Notes: generated from the letters alone by a model not told the origin. A DNA stretch of 40,177 nt from an uncultured Actinomyces sp. (GCA_902773415.1 CACYEE010000041.1:1-40177), one strand, 5' to 3'; positions 19,460 through 29,396 are shown, counted from the stretch's first letter. Translations and numbers: made by a program.

Positions 19460-19855
19460 ATGAAGCTGCGTACCGGCATGATCCGGAAGAACGAGATGGC
19501 ATTGGCGCCGGCCCCCTCCGCTGCGCCAAGCGAGGTCCTTCTTCGCCGCGAGCTTGGAGAAGTGCTTCGAGAATACCGCAACCGCCAGGGGCGCACCCTC
19601 CGCGAGGTGTCCTCCGACGCGGCTGTCTCCCTCGGATACCTTTCCGAGGTCGAGCGTGGCCAGAAGGAAGCCTCCTCGGAGCTTCTTGCCTCGATTTGCC
19701 AGGCTCTCAATGTCCCGCTGAGCCACGTGCTGCGGGTTGTCGCGGACAGGATGGATCTTGCCGAAGGGCGAATGCCGTCCTCGCGGATCGGCACTGTCCG
19801 TGTCTCCGAGATGTCCGACGGGGCCTTCGAGGCCGAGCTGGCGACCATCGCGTGA
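19460..19855 (+). CDS. clgR: XRE-family helix-turn-helix transcriptional regulator, ClgR-like
   Basis: The segment [59 protein letters not shown] matches the ClgR-type HTH, and the position after ftsK-pgsA fits. The start is uncertain: candidates are 19442 (TTG), 19454, 19460 (GGGAG 8 nt upstream), 19478 and 19496. Confidence 0.75.
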   Translation: MKLRTGMIRKNEMALAPAPSAAPSEVLLRRELGEVLREYRNRQGRTLREVSSDAAVSLGYLSEVERGQKEASSELLASICQALNVPLSHVLRVVADRMDLAEGRMPSSRIGTVRVSEMSDGAFEAELATIA

Positions 19856-20085
19856 CCGAGTCCGAGTTCTGGGCTTGCGTCGACTGGGCCTTCGGATCTG
19901 GGCGAGGCCGTTCCCTCGCTTCCGATCTCGTGCTGGCCTCGCTCGACGGCCGTAGCCCGGCAGATGCGGTGGAGCGGGGCGGCGACCCGCTCCGTGTCTG
20001 GTTCGCGATATGCGAAGCGATGGACCTGCCGGGCGAATATCGGTATCTCCATCGAATCAAGCCCGACGATCGTCCGGTGCGCTGA
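19852..20085 (+). CDS. DUF3046-family protein
   Basis: The GTG start overlaps the clgR stop (GTGA). The sequence (V)[35 protein letters not shown] is typical of the small protein usually found upstream of recA in Actinobacteria. Confidence 0.8.
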   Translation: MTESEFWACVDWAFGSGRGRSLASDLVLASLDGRSPADAVERGGDPLRVWFAICEAMDLPGEYRYLHRIKPDDRPVR

Positions 20086-20155
20086 GCCGGGGCCCTGGCC
20101 GATTCCGTCAGGGGCGGCCATCGGACCGTGCGAGGAGCGGCGGTTTCCGGCCGGC

Positions 20156-20200
20156 AGAAAAAGAGGCGGCATGTACGGGAAGAACCCGGCATGCCGCCTC
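20156..20200 (-). terminator. intrinsic terminator of the DEAD-box helicase gene
   Basis: GAGGCGGCATG (20163-20173) pairs with CATGCCGCCTC (20190-20200), with an inner CGGG/CCCG stem. On the minus strand the hairpin is followed by TTTTTCT. It begins 9 nt beyond the stop. Confidence 0.7.
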
Positions 20201-20208
20201 GCGTCGTT

Positions 20209-21774
20209 CTAGTTGCCCGAGTCGTGGGGGCGGTGCGTGCGCTTGCGGTTTCGCCTGCGTCGTTGCGCCGCGTCATGCGAGCTTTCGCGGGCGTCGCTGC
20301 CGTGGCGGCGAGACTCGCCCGAATGCCGGGAACGGCCGGCCTTCCTGCGTCCGGAACTCCGGCGTCGGGTTTCGCTGCGTCGGCCGCGTCCGCGCGATCC
20401 TCCCGTTTCGCCCAGGTCCTCGATTCCTTCGGCGTCGAGGCCGGCGCGCGTGCGCTTGTCCTTCGGCAGCGTTCCGCCGGTTCCCTTGGCGATGCCGAGG
20501 TCGTCGTAAAGATGGTCGGAAGTATGGTACGTCTCGAGGGGTTCGGGCATTGCGAGGCCGAGCTGCCTGTTGATGAGGGCCCAGCGAGGCACGTCGTTCC
20601 AGTCGACGAAGGTCACGGCCGTTCCGGTGTTGCCGGCGCGGCCGGTACGGCCGATCCGATGGAGATAGGTCTTGTCGTCTTCGGGGCACTGGTAGTTGAT
20701 GACGTGCGTGACGTCGTCGACGTCGATTCCTCTGGCGGCCACGTCGGTGGCGACGAGAACGTCGACCTTTCCGTTTCGGAAAGCGCGAAGCGCCTGTTCG
20801 CGTGCGCCTTGGCCGAGATCGCCGTGGAGGGCTCCGGCGGCGAATCCTCTGCCGGAAAGATCCTCGGCGAGGCGTGCGGCGGTGCGCTTGGTGCGCGTGA
20901 AGATGATGGTCAGCCCCCGGCCTTCGGCCTGGAGGATGCGTGCGAGGACCTCGATCTTGTTGAGGGCGTGGCAACGGTAGACCACCTGGCGGGTCTCCTT
21001 GACCGTCTGGCCCGAATCTGCCGGGTCCTGGGCGCGGATATGCGTCGGATGGCTCATGTAGCGGCGGGCCATCGCGACGACGGGGCCGGGCATCGTCGCG
21101 GAGAAGAGCATCGTGTGGCGCGTGGCCGGGGTGGCGGCGAGAATCCTTTCGACGTCCTCCAGGAAGCCGAGGTCGAGCATTTCGTCGGCCTCGTCGAGAA
21201 CGACGGTCCTGACGCGCGAAAGGTCGAGCGATTTGCGGCGCATGAGGTCGATGATGCGACCGGGAGTTCCGACGACGATTTCCGTTCCCCGGCCCAGGGC
21301 GTCCTCCTGAGGTTCGTAGGCGCGTCCGCCGTAGACCTGGACGATGCGAAGGTTGCGGCGGGCGGCGGCATTGGCCAGTTCGACGGCCACCTGGACGGCG
21401 AGCTCGCGCGTGGGAAGCACGACGAGGCCCTGGGGCTTTCCCCGATCGGCTTCGGGGATGTCTTGCCAGCCGACCTCGTCGGGTCCGGCGGAGTTTTCGA
21501 GCATCGGGATGCCGAAGCCGAGGGTCTTTCCCGTGCCGGTTTTCGCTTGGCCGATAATGTCGTTGCGGCGCAGCGCCACGGGAAGCGTCAGCGCCTGGAT
21601 GGGGAAGGGGCAGGTGATGCCATTGCTGGCGAGGGCTTCGACAATCGGGGCCGAAACGCCGAAGTCCGCGAAGGATTTCCGTTCAAGTCCTTCGCCGGTG
21701 CCGCTGATGTCTGCCTTGGGTTCATTGTTTTCGGGCGTGCGGGCACCCGAGGAATCGATGATTCCGGAGGTCAC
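20209..21774 (-). CDS. DEAD-box ATP-dependent RNA helicase with a basic Arg/Ser-rich C-terminal tail
   Basis: Q-motif context (FADFGV...PIQ), AKTGTGKT, DEADEMLD, SAT, and HRIGRTGRAG. GTG start with a GAAAGGAC SD. Confidence 0.92.
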   Translation of the reverse strand: MTSGIIDSSGARTPENNEPKADISGTGEGLERKSFADFGVSAPIVEALASNGITCPFPIQALTLPVALRRNDIIGQAKTGTGKTLGFGIPMLENSAGPDEVGWQDIPEADRGKPQGLVVLPTRELAVQVAVELANAAARRNLRIVQVYGGRAYEPQEDALGRGTEIVVGTPGRIIDLMRRKSLDLSRVRTVVLDEADEMLDLGFLEDVERILAATPATRHTMLFSATMPGPVVAMARRYMSHPTHIRAQDPADSGQTVKETRQVVYRCHALNKIEVLARILQAEGRGLTIIFTRTKRTAARLAEDLSGRGFAAGALHGDLGQGAREQALRAFRNGKVDVLVATDVAARGIDVDDVTHVINYQCPEDDKTYLHRIGRTGRAGNTGTAVTFVDWNDVPRWALINRQLGLAMPEPLETYHTSDHLYDDLGIAKGTGGTLPKDKRTRAGLDAEGIEDLGETGGSRGRGRRSETRRRSSGRRKAGRSRHSGESRRHGSDARESSHDAAQRRRRNRKRTHRPHDSGN

Positions 21775-22051
21775 GATCGTCCTTTCGCTACGCGGCGCGC
21801 CGGAAGGAGTTTTGCGCCGCCTGGAGGCAGCCGGTCGCGTGGATTCTGCTCCGGGGACGGGACGACCGGGCAGCCTTGGTCAGTCCCATTCTAGGCGAGC
21901 GGCATTCGGGCATGTCCACGCCGGTCGCGGTTCGCACAAGGTCACACTTTCGGCGCGCTGCCAATCGTGCGGATCGTGGGATTCCCTTGCGTTTCGGGCG
22001 CGCTCCGCGGCGTGCGGGCGGCGTTCGCGGTGCACGCGCGCGGGCGGCCGT

Positions 22052-22273
22052 TCAGAGGCCGAAGCCGACGCGGCGGTTTTCCGCGGCGGCGACTTCGACG
22101 TAGGCGAGGGACTCGAAGGGGACGATTGCGAGCTTGCCTTCCTTGTCGACGAGCTTGAGGGGCTGATGCGACTCGTGGGAGGCGGCGACGAGCGCGTAGA
22201 TGTCCTCGCCGGTCGCGTCGACGTCGAGGGAGATCTCCCTGCTGGTGTCGCGGATTCCGATGTTGACCTGCAT
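22052..22273 (-). CDS. DUF3107-family small protein
   Basis: MQVNIGIRDTSREISLDVDATGEDIY...LVDKEGKLAIVPFESLAYVEV...RRVGF matches the characteristic DUF3107 pattern. An AAAGGAG SD lies upstream. Confidence 0.8.
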   Translation of the reverse strand: MQVNIGIRDTSREISLDVDATGEDIYALVAASHESHQPLKLVDKEGKLAIVPFESLAYVEVAAAENRRVGFGL

Positions 22274-22481
22274 GATGGCTCCTTTCTCCGGCTCTAGGAT
22301 ATACCGGCCGCAGGCCGGTGGCGACGCGGGCGGGCCCGTTTATTCGTGGGGCGAACGCGCCGGCGGGCGTGCTCCGGGAATTTTCCCCGGTTTGCCTTTG
22401 CGGCCCGCTGTAGTGTTGTGGCGGAACGACGACGGGGCCCGTGCCGCCGGCAGGCCGGGCATGAACGGAAGGGGAGCGGAC

Positions 22482-25400
22482 GTGACGCATTGGGATGCGT
22501 GGCAGCTTGAGGCGCTGAAGGCGGTCGAATCGGCCGAGGGGGCGGTGAGCATTGTCGGCGGGCCCGGAACGGGCAAGACCGCCGTGCTTGAGGAGCTTGT
22601 TCGCAGGGCTGCGGGCGGGGGCAAGCGTGTCGCCCTGCTTGCGGCCGACCGCAGGGCGGCCGGAGACAGCCTTGTCCGGGTGTCGTTGAGCCTGGGAGCG
22701 CTGTCGGGCCGGGTCGAGGTGCGCTCCATCGCAGCCTTCTGCTATGCCATCGTCGAGGAGTTCGCCGAGCAGACGGGCCGCGAGCGTCCCGAACTCGTGT
22801 CCGGTCCCGAAGAGGACATGCTTCTCAAGGAGATTCTCGACCGGGGGGAGATCGCCTTTCCCGCGCGTTTTCCCTCGGAGGTCCAGGCGATGCCGGCCTT
22901 TCGCGCGGAAATGCGAAACCTGCTGACACGCGCTTCGGAGCTTGGACTTGGCCCGGACGAGCTTGCCGCTCTCGGCCGGCGTACGGATAACGGCCTCTGG
23001 ACGGCGGGCGCGGCGGTGCGAAAGGCGTATCTTCGCCGTCTCGAAGAAGCCTCGCATGCCGAGGGAACGGCTCCGGGGCTTCTCGCGGCGCGGCGCCTTG
23101 ACCACTCGATGCTCGTTTCGGAGGCCCGAAGGCTTCTCGAAGGGTGGGAGGAAGCCGCCTCGGTTTCGGTGCGCTCCGCGAAGCCGGTGCGAAAGCCCGC
23201 ATGGGATCTCGTTCTCGTCGACGACATCCAGAATGCGCCGCGCTCGATTCTCGGTCTGCTGTCTCGCCTTTCGAAGGACGGAGCGATCGTCGTCGCCGCG
23301 GGAGATCCCGATTCTTCCGTCCAGGGCTTTCGCGGTGCCGTGGCGTCGCTGCCCGCGGACCTTGCGCGAGGCGAACCCGAAGGCCTGGGAGCCAGGCTCG
23401 TGCCGCTGGGCCGCAGCCATCGGGGCGGTGCGATGCTGGCGGCGGTCGGGGAACGGGTCTCCTCGCGCATTCGCGTCGCCGGAAGCGCTGCGGGCAGGGC
23501 CGGCGAACATTGCGACGTCAAGGACGAGGTTGGGGCACGGCGCTATGCGAACGAGGCCGAGGAAGCCGCGGGAATCGCCCGGGCGATACGCGAATGGCAC
23601 CTCTTTGACGGTGTTCCCTACGGGGAGATCGCAGTCGTGACCCGATCGCGTTCGGCCCACGGGCCCATTCGCCGCGAGATGGTTCGGCGGTCGGTACCGG
23701 TTGCCGCGATCGGCTCCGACCTTCCGCTTCACATGCAGCCGGCCGTCCGCGCGCTGCTCGATGTCATCGGTCTTGCGATCGGGCCGCCAACCGGTTCCGA
23801 GGAGGCGGGGCGGAAGGTGCGCGATGTTCTCGAAGGACCTCTTTTCGATGTCGATGGCCTGGCCCTTCGCCGACTGGGCAGGCGGCTGAGGGCCCTCGAG
23901 CTTGCGGCGGGAGGAAGCCGCCCGGAGACCGGGCTCTTTGCGGTGGCGCTCGACGGGCCCGAAGCCGTCACGGAACTGTCGGAAACGGGCCTGGAGGAGA
24001 TTCTAAGGTGTTCGAGGGTGCTTGACGAGATCCGGGAGGCGGCCCGGGGCAGCGCGCAGGCCGCCGAGCAGGTCCTGTGGGCTGCCTGGGATTCCTGCGA
24101 TGTCGCCGACCGGTGGCGCGCGTCCGCGATGGAGAGCGGATCGGGAGCCGAGGAAGCCGGCGACAATCTCGACGCCGTGTTGCAGCTATTCCGGTTCGCC
24201 CAGCGCATGGCCGACCGCGATTCCGCGACGGGCATTGCGGCGATGGTCGCCGAACTCGAGGCCCAGGAGCTTCCCCAGGACTCGATTGCGCGTCGCGGAG
24301 CCGATGGCGACGCCGTCGTTCTCGCAACGCCCGCGGCGCTTCAGGGGCGCGAGTTTTCGCGCGTCGTCATCGCCAGGATGAACGAGGGAACCTGGCCGAA
24401 CCTGACCCTGAGAGACCCGCTCGTGCGGACATCCGAGCTTTCCGCGCGCGTTTCGGGACGATACGTCGACGGCCTTTCTCCGGCCGATGCCTATCGTGCC
24501 GAACTGCAAGAAGTGCTTGACGACGAACTGCGCCAGCTTCGCCACGCGGTCGGAAGGGCGCGCGACGTTCTGCTGGTGACCTGCGTCGAAGGCGAGGATT
24601 CCACGCCGTCGCGATTCCTTCGGGCCATGGGATTCGTCTTTGCCGAGGAAGCGGACGGGGAAGCGGAGGACGGCGGGGAGGCGAGGCCCGTCGCCGTTGT
24701 CGCCAAGCTCCAGCCCTCGATGCCGGATCTCGATGCCGTCGGCCTTGTCGGCTCCTTGCGCCGGTACGCTCTTGTCGAAGGACCTGTCGGCGAGCGGGCC
24801 CGCGCGCTGCTGTCCAGGTTCGAGGATTCGGGAGTTCGCCGCCCCCTTCCCGGCATGTGGATGGACGAGGCGACGCCGACCTCGGGCGGCGGCGAGAGGC
24901 GCGGCAGGCCCCGCGTATCCCCGTCGGGCGTGGAAGGGCTTCTCGCCTGCCCCTTGCGTGCGGTGCTGTCGAAACTCGGGTTCGCCGATGCGGACAGGGC
25001 CGATGCCGCCCGGGCAGGAACAACGATTCATCGGATTCTTGAACGCCATCCGGTCATTCCGGAAGGGACGAGCCAGACGGAGTTCGCGGAGATGCTCAAG
25101 GGCGAGTTTCTCGAAACGTGGCAGGCCGAGGCCGGCAACGATGTCGGTGGCTGGGCCGCTCGCGACCTCGAACGCTATCTGGCTGCCCTCGACAAGGCCG
25201 CCATGTTCATTGCCGGAACGGAAGGGGAAGTGCTGACCGAGCACGGCTTCGCGGTCGAACGCGGCAACGCGGTTGTCGCGGGAACGATCGACCGCATCGT
25301 TGTCAACGGCTCCTCGAGCATCGTCTACGACTACAAGACGGGAAAGACCGCGATACCGGTCAAGGAAGCCGAGGACAACGTCCAGCTCCAGCTCTACCAG

Positions 25401-25661
25401 TGGGCGCTTCGCCACGACACGAGGATTCCTCCTGCGTCGAAAGCCGTGCTCGTCTACCTGGCGACCGGCACGAAGAAGCCGGCGGAACGAGTCCAGAGCG
25501 GGCTCGACGATGCCGGATTGGCGCGAGCCGAAGAACGGATCGACGCGAGTGCGCGGCTGCTTGTCCGCGAGCGCGTTCCTGCCCGGGCCAACACGTGGTG
25601 CGACACGTGCTCGCTGCGGATTCTTTGCCCCGAACACCCCGAAGGACGGATCTTCTCATGA
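22482..25661 (+). CDS. adnA: AdnA-like helicase-nuclease subunit (SF1 UvrD-like motor plus C-terminal PD-(D/E)XK nuclease)
   Basis: Walker A GGPGTGKT and motif II-like LVLVDDIQN. The C-terminal RecB-type nuclease has IDRIV...VYDYKTGK...QLQLYQ, plus Cys residues (C...CxxCx5C). GTG 22482 has GGAAGGGGAG upstream, and ATG 22461 is an alternative start. The stop overlaps the next start (ATGA). Confidence 0.75.
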   Translation: MTHWDAWQLEALKAVESAEGAVSIVGGPGTGKTAVLEELVRRAAGGGKRVALLAADRRAAGDSLVRVSLSLGALSGRVEVRSIAAFCYAIVEEFAEQTGRERPELVSGPEEDMLLKEILDRGEIAFPARFPSEVQAMPAFRAEMRNLLTRASELGLGPDELAALGRRTDNGLWTAGAAVRKAYLRRLEEASHAEGTAPGLLAARRLDHSMLVSEARRLLEGWEEAASVSVRSAKPVRKPAWDLVLVDDIQNAPRSILGLLSRLSKDGAIVVAAGDPDSSVQGFRGAVASLPADLARGEPEGLGARLVPLGRSHRGGAMLAAVGERVSSRIRVAGSAAGRAGEHCDVKDEVGARRYANEAEEAAGIARAIREWHLFDGVPYGEIAVVTRSRSAHGPIRREMVRRSVPVAAIGSDLPLHMQPAVRALLDVIGLAIGPPTGSEEAGRKVRDVLEGPLFDVDGLALRRLGRRLRALELAAGGSRPETGLFAVALDGPEAVTELSETGLEEILRCSRVLDEIREAARGSAQAAEQVLWAAWDSCDVADRWRASAMESGSGAEEAGDNLDAVLQLFRFAQRMADRDSATGIAAMVAELEAQELPQDSIARRGADGDAVVLATPAALQGREFSRVVIARMNEGTWPNLTLRDPLVRTSELSARVSGRYVDGLSPADAYRAELQEVLDDELRQLRHAVGRARDVLLVTCVEGEDSTPSRFLRAMGFVFAEEADGEAEDGGEARPVAVVAKLQPSMPDLDAVGLVGSLRRYALVEGPVGERARALLSRFEDSGVRRPLPGMWMDEATPTSGGGERRGRPRVSPSGVEGLLACPLRAVLSKLGFADADRADAARAGTTIHRILERHPVIPEGTSQTEFAEMLKGEFLETWQAEAGNDVGGWAARDLERYLAALDKAAMFIAGTEGEVLTEHGFAVERGNAVVAGTIDRIVVNGSSSIVYDYKTGKTAIPVKEAEDNVQLQLYQWALRHDTRIPPASKAVLVYLATGTKKPAERVQSGLDDAGLARAEERIDASARLLVRERVPARANTWCDTCSLRILCPEHPEGRIFS

Positions 25662-28600
25662 GGCGCTACGAACGGATCATGCAGGCGGTCAATCCTCGCG
25701 ATGAACACGGAAGGCCGCTGATGCCGACCGGCGAGCAGCGGGAAGTCATCGAATGCGAGGATTCGGCGATTCTCGTGGTTGCCGGTGCGGGTTCGGGCAA
25801 GACGCGAACGATGGCGAACCGCATCGCCTACTGGGTCGGCGCCGGAAAGGTCGAGCCGTCGCAGGTTCTCGGGCTGACCTTTACGAGGAAGGCGGCCGGG
25901 GAGCTGGAATCCCGCGTCGCCCAGTCGCTCGCGGCTCTCGAACGGGCAGGTCTTGGTCCGTCTCGAAGCGTGGATGGCGAAACCGACCGCGCGCGCAGGC
26001 AGCTCGAGATGCCGACGATTTCCACTTACAACTCCTTCGCCGCGGATATCGCCGCATCCTATGGCCTGCTTGTCGGAGCGGATCCGTCTGCGCGCCTGAT
26101 GACCGAGGCGGAGAGGTTCCAGCTCATGGGAGCCGTCGTCGATTCCCTGGGCGAGGACGTTGCGCAGGCCGTGGATTCGGCAAGGACGACGGTCGTCGAA
26201 CAGGCCCTTGCCGTTGCGGCGGCACTGATCGACAACGGACGCGCGGTCGACGAGGCCCGCAGGTTCTATGCGGAACAGGAAGGGCTCTTTGCCGAAATCG
26301 CCGCATCCCAGTCAGGGAGAAAGATTGCGTGGAAGCGGCATCTGGGTGGCGAGGAACGCGCAAGGACGTACCGGAATGCCTGGGGCAAGCTCGCTTCGGC
26401 GGCATCGAAAATGCGTCAGGGCCTGGTGCTGTGCGATATCGTCGAGGAGTATTTCCGGCGAAAGGCCGACGAAGGCCTCATGGAATTCGCGGATCAGGTT
26501 GCCGTCGCGGTCAAGGTGTTCGAGGCGGTTCCTTCGCTGAGGGAGGAAGTCTCGGCCCGTCACGCTCTCGTGCTGCTTGACGAGTATCAGGACACTTCCG
26601 TGTCCCAGGCCAGGCTTCTGTCTCTCGCGCTGTCCGCAGGCGAGGCCGCGACCCGTTCCGTCGTCGCGGTTGGCGATCCGAACCAGGCGATCTACGGCTG
26701 GCGCGGAGCCAGCGCGAACGCATTCGCTGACTTTCCCCAGGTATTCGAATCCCTGGGCAGGCCCGCGCTGTTCTCCTTGCAGACGACATTCCGAAACGAC
26801 ACGGCGATTCTCGAAGCGGCGAACGTGGTTGCCGAACGGATCGAGACGTCGTCGGTCGAGGTGGGCCGTCTTCGTCCGCGCACGAATGCGGGGCCGGGGC
26901 GGGTTGTCGAGATCAGGCCGCTGCGCCGCGAGGATTCCTACAGGGCGATGGCGATGCGGATGCGCGACCGCATGCGCGAGATCCGAGACGCCGAAGGGCG
27001 TCCGGCGGAGATGGCCGTCCTGTGCCGCAAGCGTTCCTACATTCCTCTGGCGGCGAAGGCCCTTGGGGATGCCGGCGTGCCCTATGAGATTGTCGGGGGA
27101 GAATCCCTTCTCATGCGGCCCGAAGTCGCAACGGTTCGCGCGGCGCTTGAAGCCGCGGCGAATCCGGCCAGGGGCGATTGGCTGGCGCGGCTTTGCGCCT
27201 TCGCGAGCATCGGCATCGAGGACATGCGCGCGCTTGCGCGTCATGCGCGCGCTGCCGCCGGTGCGGAGCTGGAAGGAATCGAGGGCGGCGGGACGATCGA
27301 CGCCGGCGAGGAGGCAACCCTCGTCGAAGGCCTCGATGCGCTCGGTTCGCAGCCCCCGGAAGGCATGAGCCGGGAAGGGCATCGCAGGTTCGTCTGGCTG
27401 GCGTCGGTTCTCCGGGACATCCGGGACATGGAAAACGCTCCGCTGGGGGAGCTGGCCTTCAGGGCCGCCCGGCTTCTCGGGATGTATCTGCTTGCGGCGT
27501 CGCGCCCGGAAGGCGCGCGTCGCGTCACGACGTCGCTCGACTCTTTCAGCGCTGTCGCCAGCCAATACGCATCGGAGCACCCCGAGGCGGGCCTGGGAGA
27601 TTTCCTGGAATGGCTCGATGCCGTCGAGGCGCGCGAGCATGGGGGAGAAGCCGCCTCGGGAATGGACGAACGCCTGTCGGGCCCGGATGTCGACGTGAAC
27701 CCCGGAGTTGTGCAGATCATGACAATCCACGGATCGAAGGGGCTCGAATGGCGCGACATCGTTGCCCTGCCCGAGATGGTCGAAGGAGGTTTCGACGAGC
27801 CGGCTGCCGCATGCGACCTGTGGCCCGCTTCGGCGAAGGTCTTTCCCTATCCGCTTCGCGCGGATTCCCGTCACCTTCCCCGGTTCGCTCCGAAGGTTCC
27901 CGCGGAGGGCGAAGACGGGCCGTGGGCGCCCGTCGAGGAGTATCTTGGCTTTGCCGAGGCCGAGCGCCTTCACGAGGGGCAGGAAGCGAGAAGGCTCGCC
28001 TATGTTGCGATGACCCGGCCGCAGGCGGAGCTTCTGCTGGTCGGCTATGGCATCGCCGATTCGGGACAGGCCGTCGAAAAGCTCCGGGCCGGCAAGCCCG
28101 TTCCGGTTCGCAGGCGGTCGGCGTTCCTTGAGGGGATCGAGACGGAACCGATTGCGGGCATTGCGGGGGAGGGCTGGGCCAGGGCCGAAGGGCGCGAGGC
28201 GGCCGATCGCCTGTGCTTCCTCTGCCCGCAATCCCTCGAGGCGGACGAGTTCGTCGCGCTTCTTGACGAGGAGGAAAAGCCGGGCGAGGGGCCCGAGCCG
28301 ATTCCCGACTATTCGCGGGGGCAATGGCGAACCTTTCCGGCCGATCGTGCCAGGCCGGCCATTGGCGAAAGCGAGGTCGACGCCCAGGCTGCGATGGAGG
28401 CTCTCGATGCGCGCGAAAAGGAAATCGAGGTTCTTCTTGCCGAGCTGCGGGATGCCGGAGCGGAGCATCCGCTGCGAATGTCGCGCCCCTATCTGACGGC
28501 GACGGACGTCGTCACCCTTGCTCGCGACCCCCGTGCCTTCGAGGCCGATCTCGTGCGTCCGATACCCCGCGAACCGTCGCGGAATGCGCGTATCGGAACG

Positions 28601-29113
28601 AGGGTTCACGAGGCGATTGCCGAATCCTATCTGCTTGCTCCGAGGCTTGACCTGGACCATCTGGACGGTTCGGTGCGTGTGGAGGCCGACGAGACGGTGG
28701 AGGCCTTCTTCGCGACCTATTCCGCCTCGCGATGGGCCTCGTATCGTCCTTTGCTTGTGGAGGCGTCGATGTCGGTCGTCGTTGCGGGGCATGTGGTCCG
28801 ATGCACGGTCGATGCGGTGCTGGATACGGCTCGGGTGCCGGGCATGCGCAAGGTGACGATTGTCGACTGGAAGACGGGCACGCAGCCCCGAAGGGGGCAG
28901 CTTGCCTCGCGCGAGATGCAGCTGGCGCTCTACAGGCTCGCCTATTCGAAGGTTTCCGGCGTTCCCCTTGAAGACATCGGCGCGTTTTTCGTGTATCTCG
29001 ACGAGAAGGGTTCGGTCGGCGAACTCGAGGCGGGCGAGCTTTCCGAAGAGTCGATTCTCGCCCTGGTCGAGGCCGGCATGTCCTGCCTGTCCGCACCGGT
29101 TCGCGGCGGCTAG
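25658..29113 (+). CDS. adnB: AdnB-like helicase-nuclease subunit (UvrD/PcrA-type SF1 helicase plus C-terminal RecB-type nuclease)
   Basis: Motifs GAGSGKT, GLTFTRKAA, LLDEYQDTS, VGDPNQAIYGWRGA, TIHGSKGLEW and YVAMTRP. The C-terminus has VDAVL...IVDWKTG...QLALYRLAY. Confidence 0.8.
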   Translation: MRRYERIMQAVNPRDEHGRPLMPTGEQREVIECEDSAILVVAGAGSGKTRTMANRIAYWVGAGKVEPSQVLGLTFTRKAAGELESRVAQSLAALERAGLGPSRSVDGETDRARRQLEMPTISTYNSFAADIAASYGLLVGADPSARLMTEAERFQLMGAVVDSLGEDVAQAVDSARTTVVEQALAVAAALIDNGRAVDEARRFYAEQEGLFAEIAASQSGRKIAWKRHLGGEERARTYRNAWGKLASAASKMRQGLVLCDIVEEYFRRKADEGLMEFADQVAVAVKVFEAVPSLREEVSARHALVLLDEYQDTSVSQARLLSLALSAGEAATRSVVAVGDPNQAIYGWRGASANAFADFPQVFESLGRPALFSLQTTFRNDTAILEAANVVAERIETSSVEVGRLRPRTNAGPGRVVEIRPLRREDSYRAMAMRMRDRMREIRDAEGRPAEMAVLCRKRSYIPLAAKALGDAGVPYEIVGGESLLMRPEVATVRAALEAAANPARGDWLARLCAFASIGIEDMRALARHARAAAGAELEGIEGGGTIDAGEEATLVEGLDALGSQPPEGMSREGHRRFVWLASVLRDIRDMENAPLGELAFRAARLLGMYLLAASRPEGARRVTTSLDSFSAVASQYASEHPEAGLGDFLEWLDAVEAREHGGEAASGMDERLSGPDVDVNPGVVQIMTIHGSKGLEWRDIVALPEMVEGGFDEPAAACDLWPASAKVFPYPLRADSRHLPRFAPKVPAEGEDGPWAPVEEYLGFAEAERLHEGQEARRLAYVAMTRPQAELLLVGYGIADSGQAVEKLRAGKPVPVRRRSAFLEGIETEPIAGIAGEGWARAEGREAADRLCFLCPQSLEADEFVALLDEEEKPGEGPEPIPDYSRGQWRTFPADRARPAIGESEVDAQAAMEALDAREKEIEVLLAELRDAGAEHPLRMSRPYLTATDVVTLARDPRAFEADLVRPIPREPSRNARIGTRVHEAIAESYLLAPRLDLDHLDGSVRVEADETVEAFFATYSASRWASYRPLLVEASMSVVVAGHVVRCTVDAVLDTARVPGMRKVTIVDWKTGTQPRRGQLASREMQLALYRLAYSKVSGVPLEDIGAFFVYLDEKGSVGELEAGELSEESILALVEAGMSCLSAPVRGG

Positions 29114-29311
29114 GCGGGGCTGTCTCGCAAGGGCGCGGCCACCGCGGGGCGTCGCGTCGGGGGAGCGTGTTCGGTCGCTTCGCTCCCTCTCGCGGTTTCT
29201 TCGCTCCGGTCTCGTGCGGGCAAGCTCGCGCGGCCCTTCCGCCCGTTGCTGTCCCCAATGCGGCACCAGTCTGTTCCCTTTGCGATGCCCAGTCCCCTGG
29301 CCTGCGCAAAC

Positions 29312-29356
29312 GGCCGGGGCGGAAATCGGCACGTTGTTTCGGTTCCCGCCCCGGCC
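29312..29356. terminator. hairpin between convergent adnB and the phosphotransferase gene
   Basis: GGCCGGGGCGG (29312-29322) pairs with CCGCCCCGGCC (29346-29356): an 11-bp perfect stem with a 23-nt loop. Confidence 0.45.
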
Positions 29357-29396
29357 AGTTCCACGCATCCTTCTGGGGCAGTCCCGCGAGGCGGCC

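Noticed and set aside
22274-22481. LexA SOS box or RecA-independent DNA-damage promoter upstream of adnA
   Set aside because: No TCGAAC-N4-GTTCGA-type palindrome is present. The closest match to TTGTCRGTG-N8-TAnnnT (TTTGCGGCC...TAGTGT) has the wrong spacing and about 5/9 identity.
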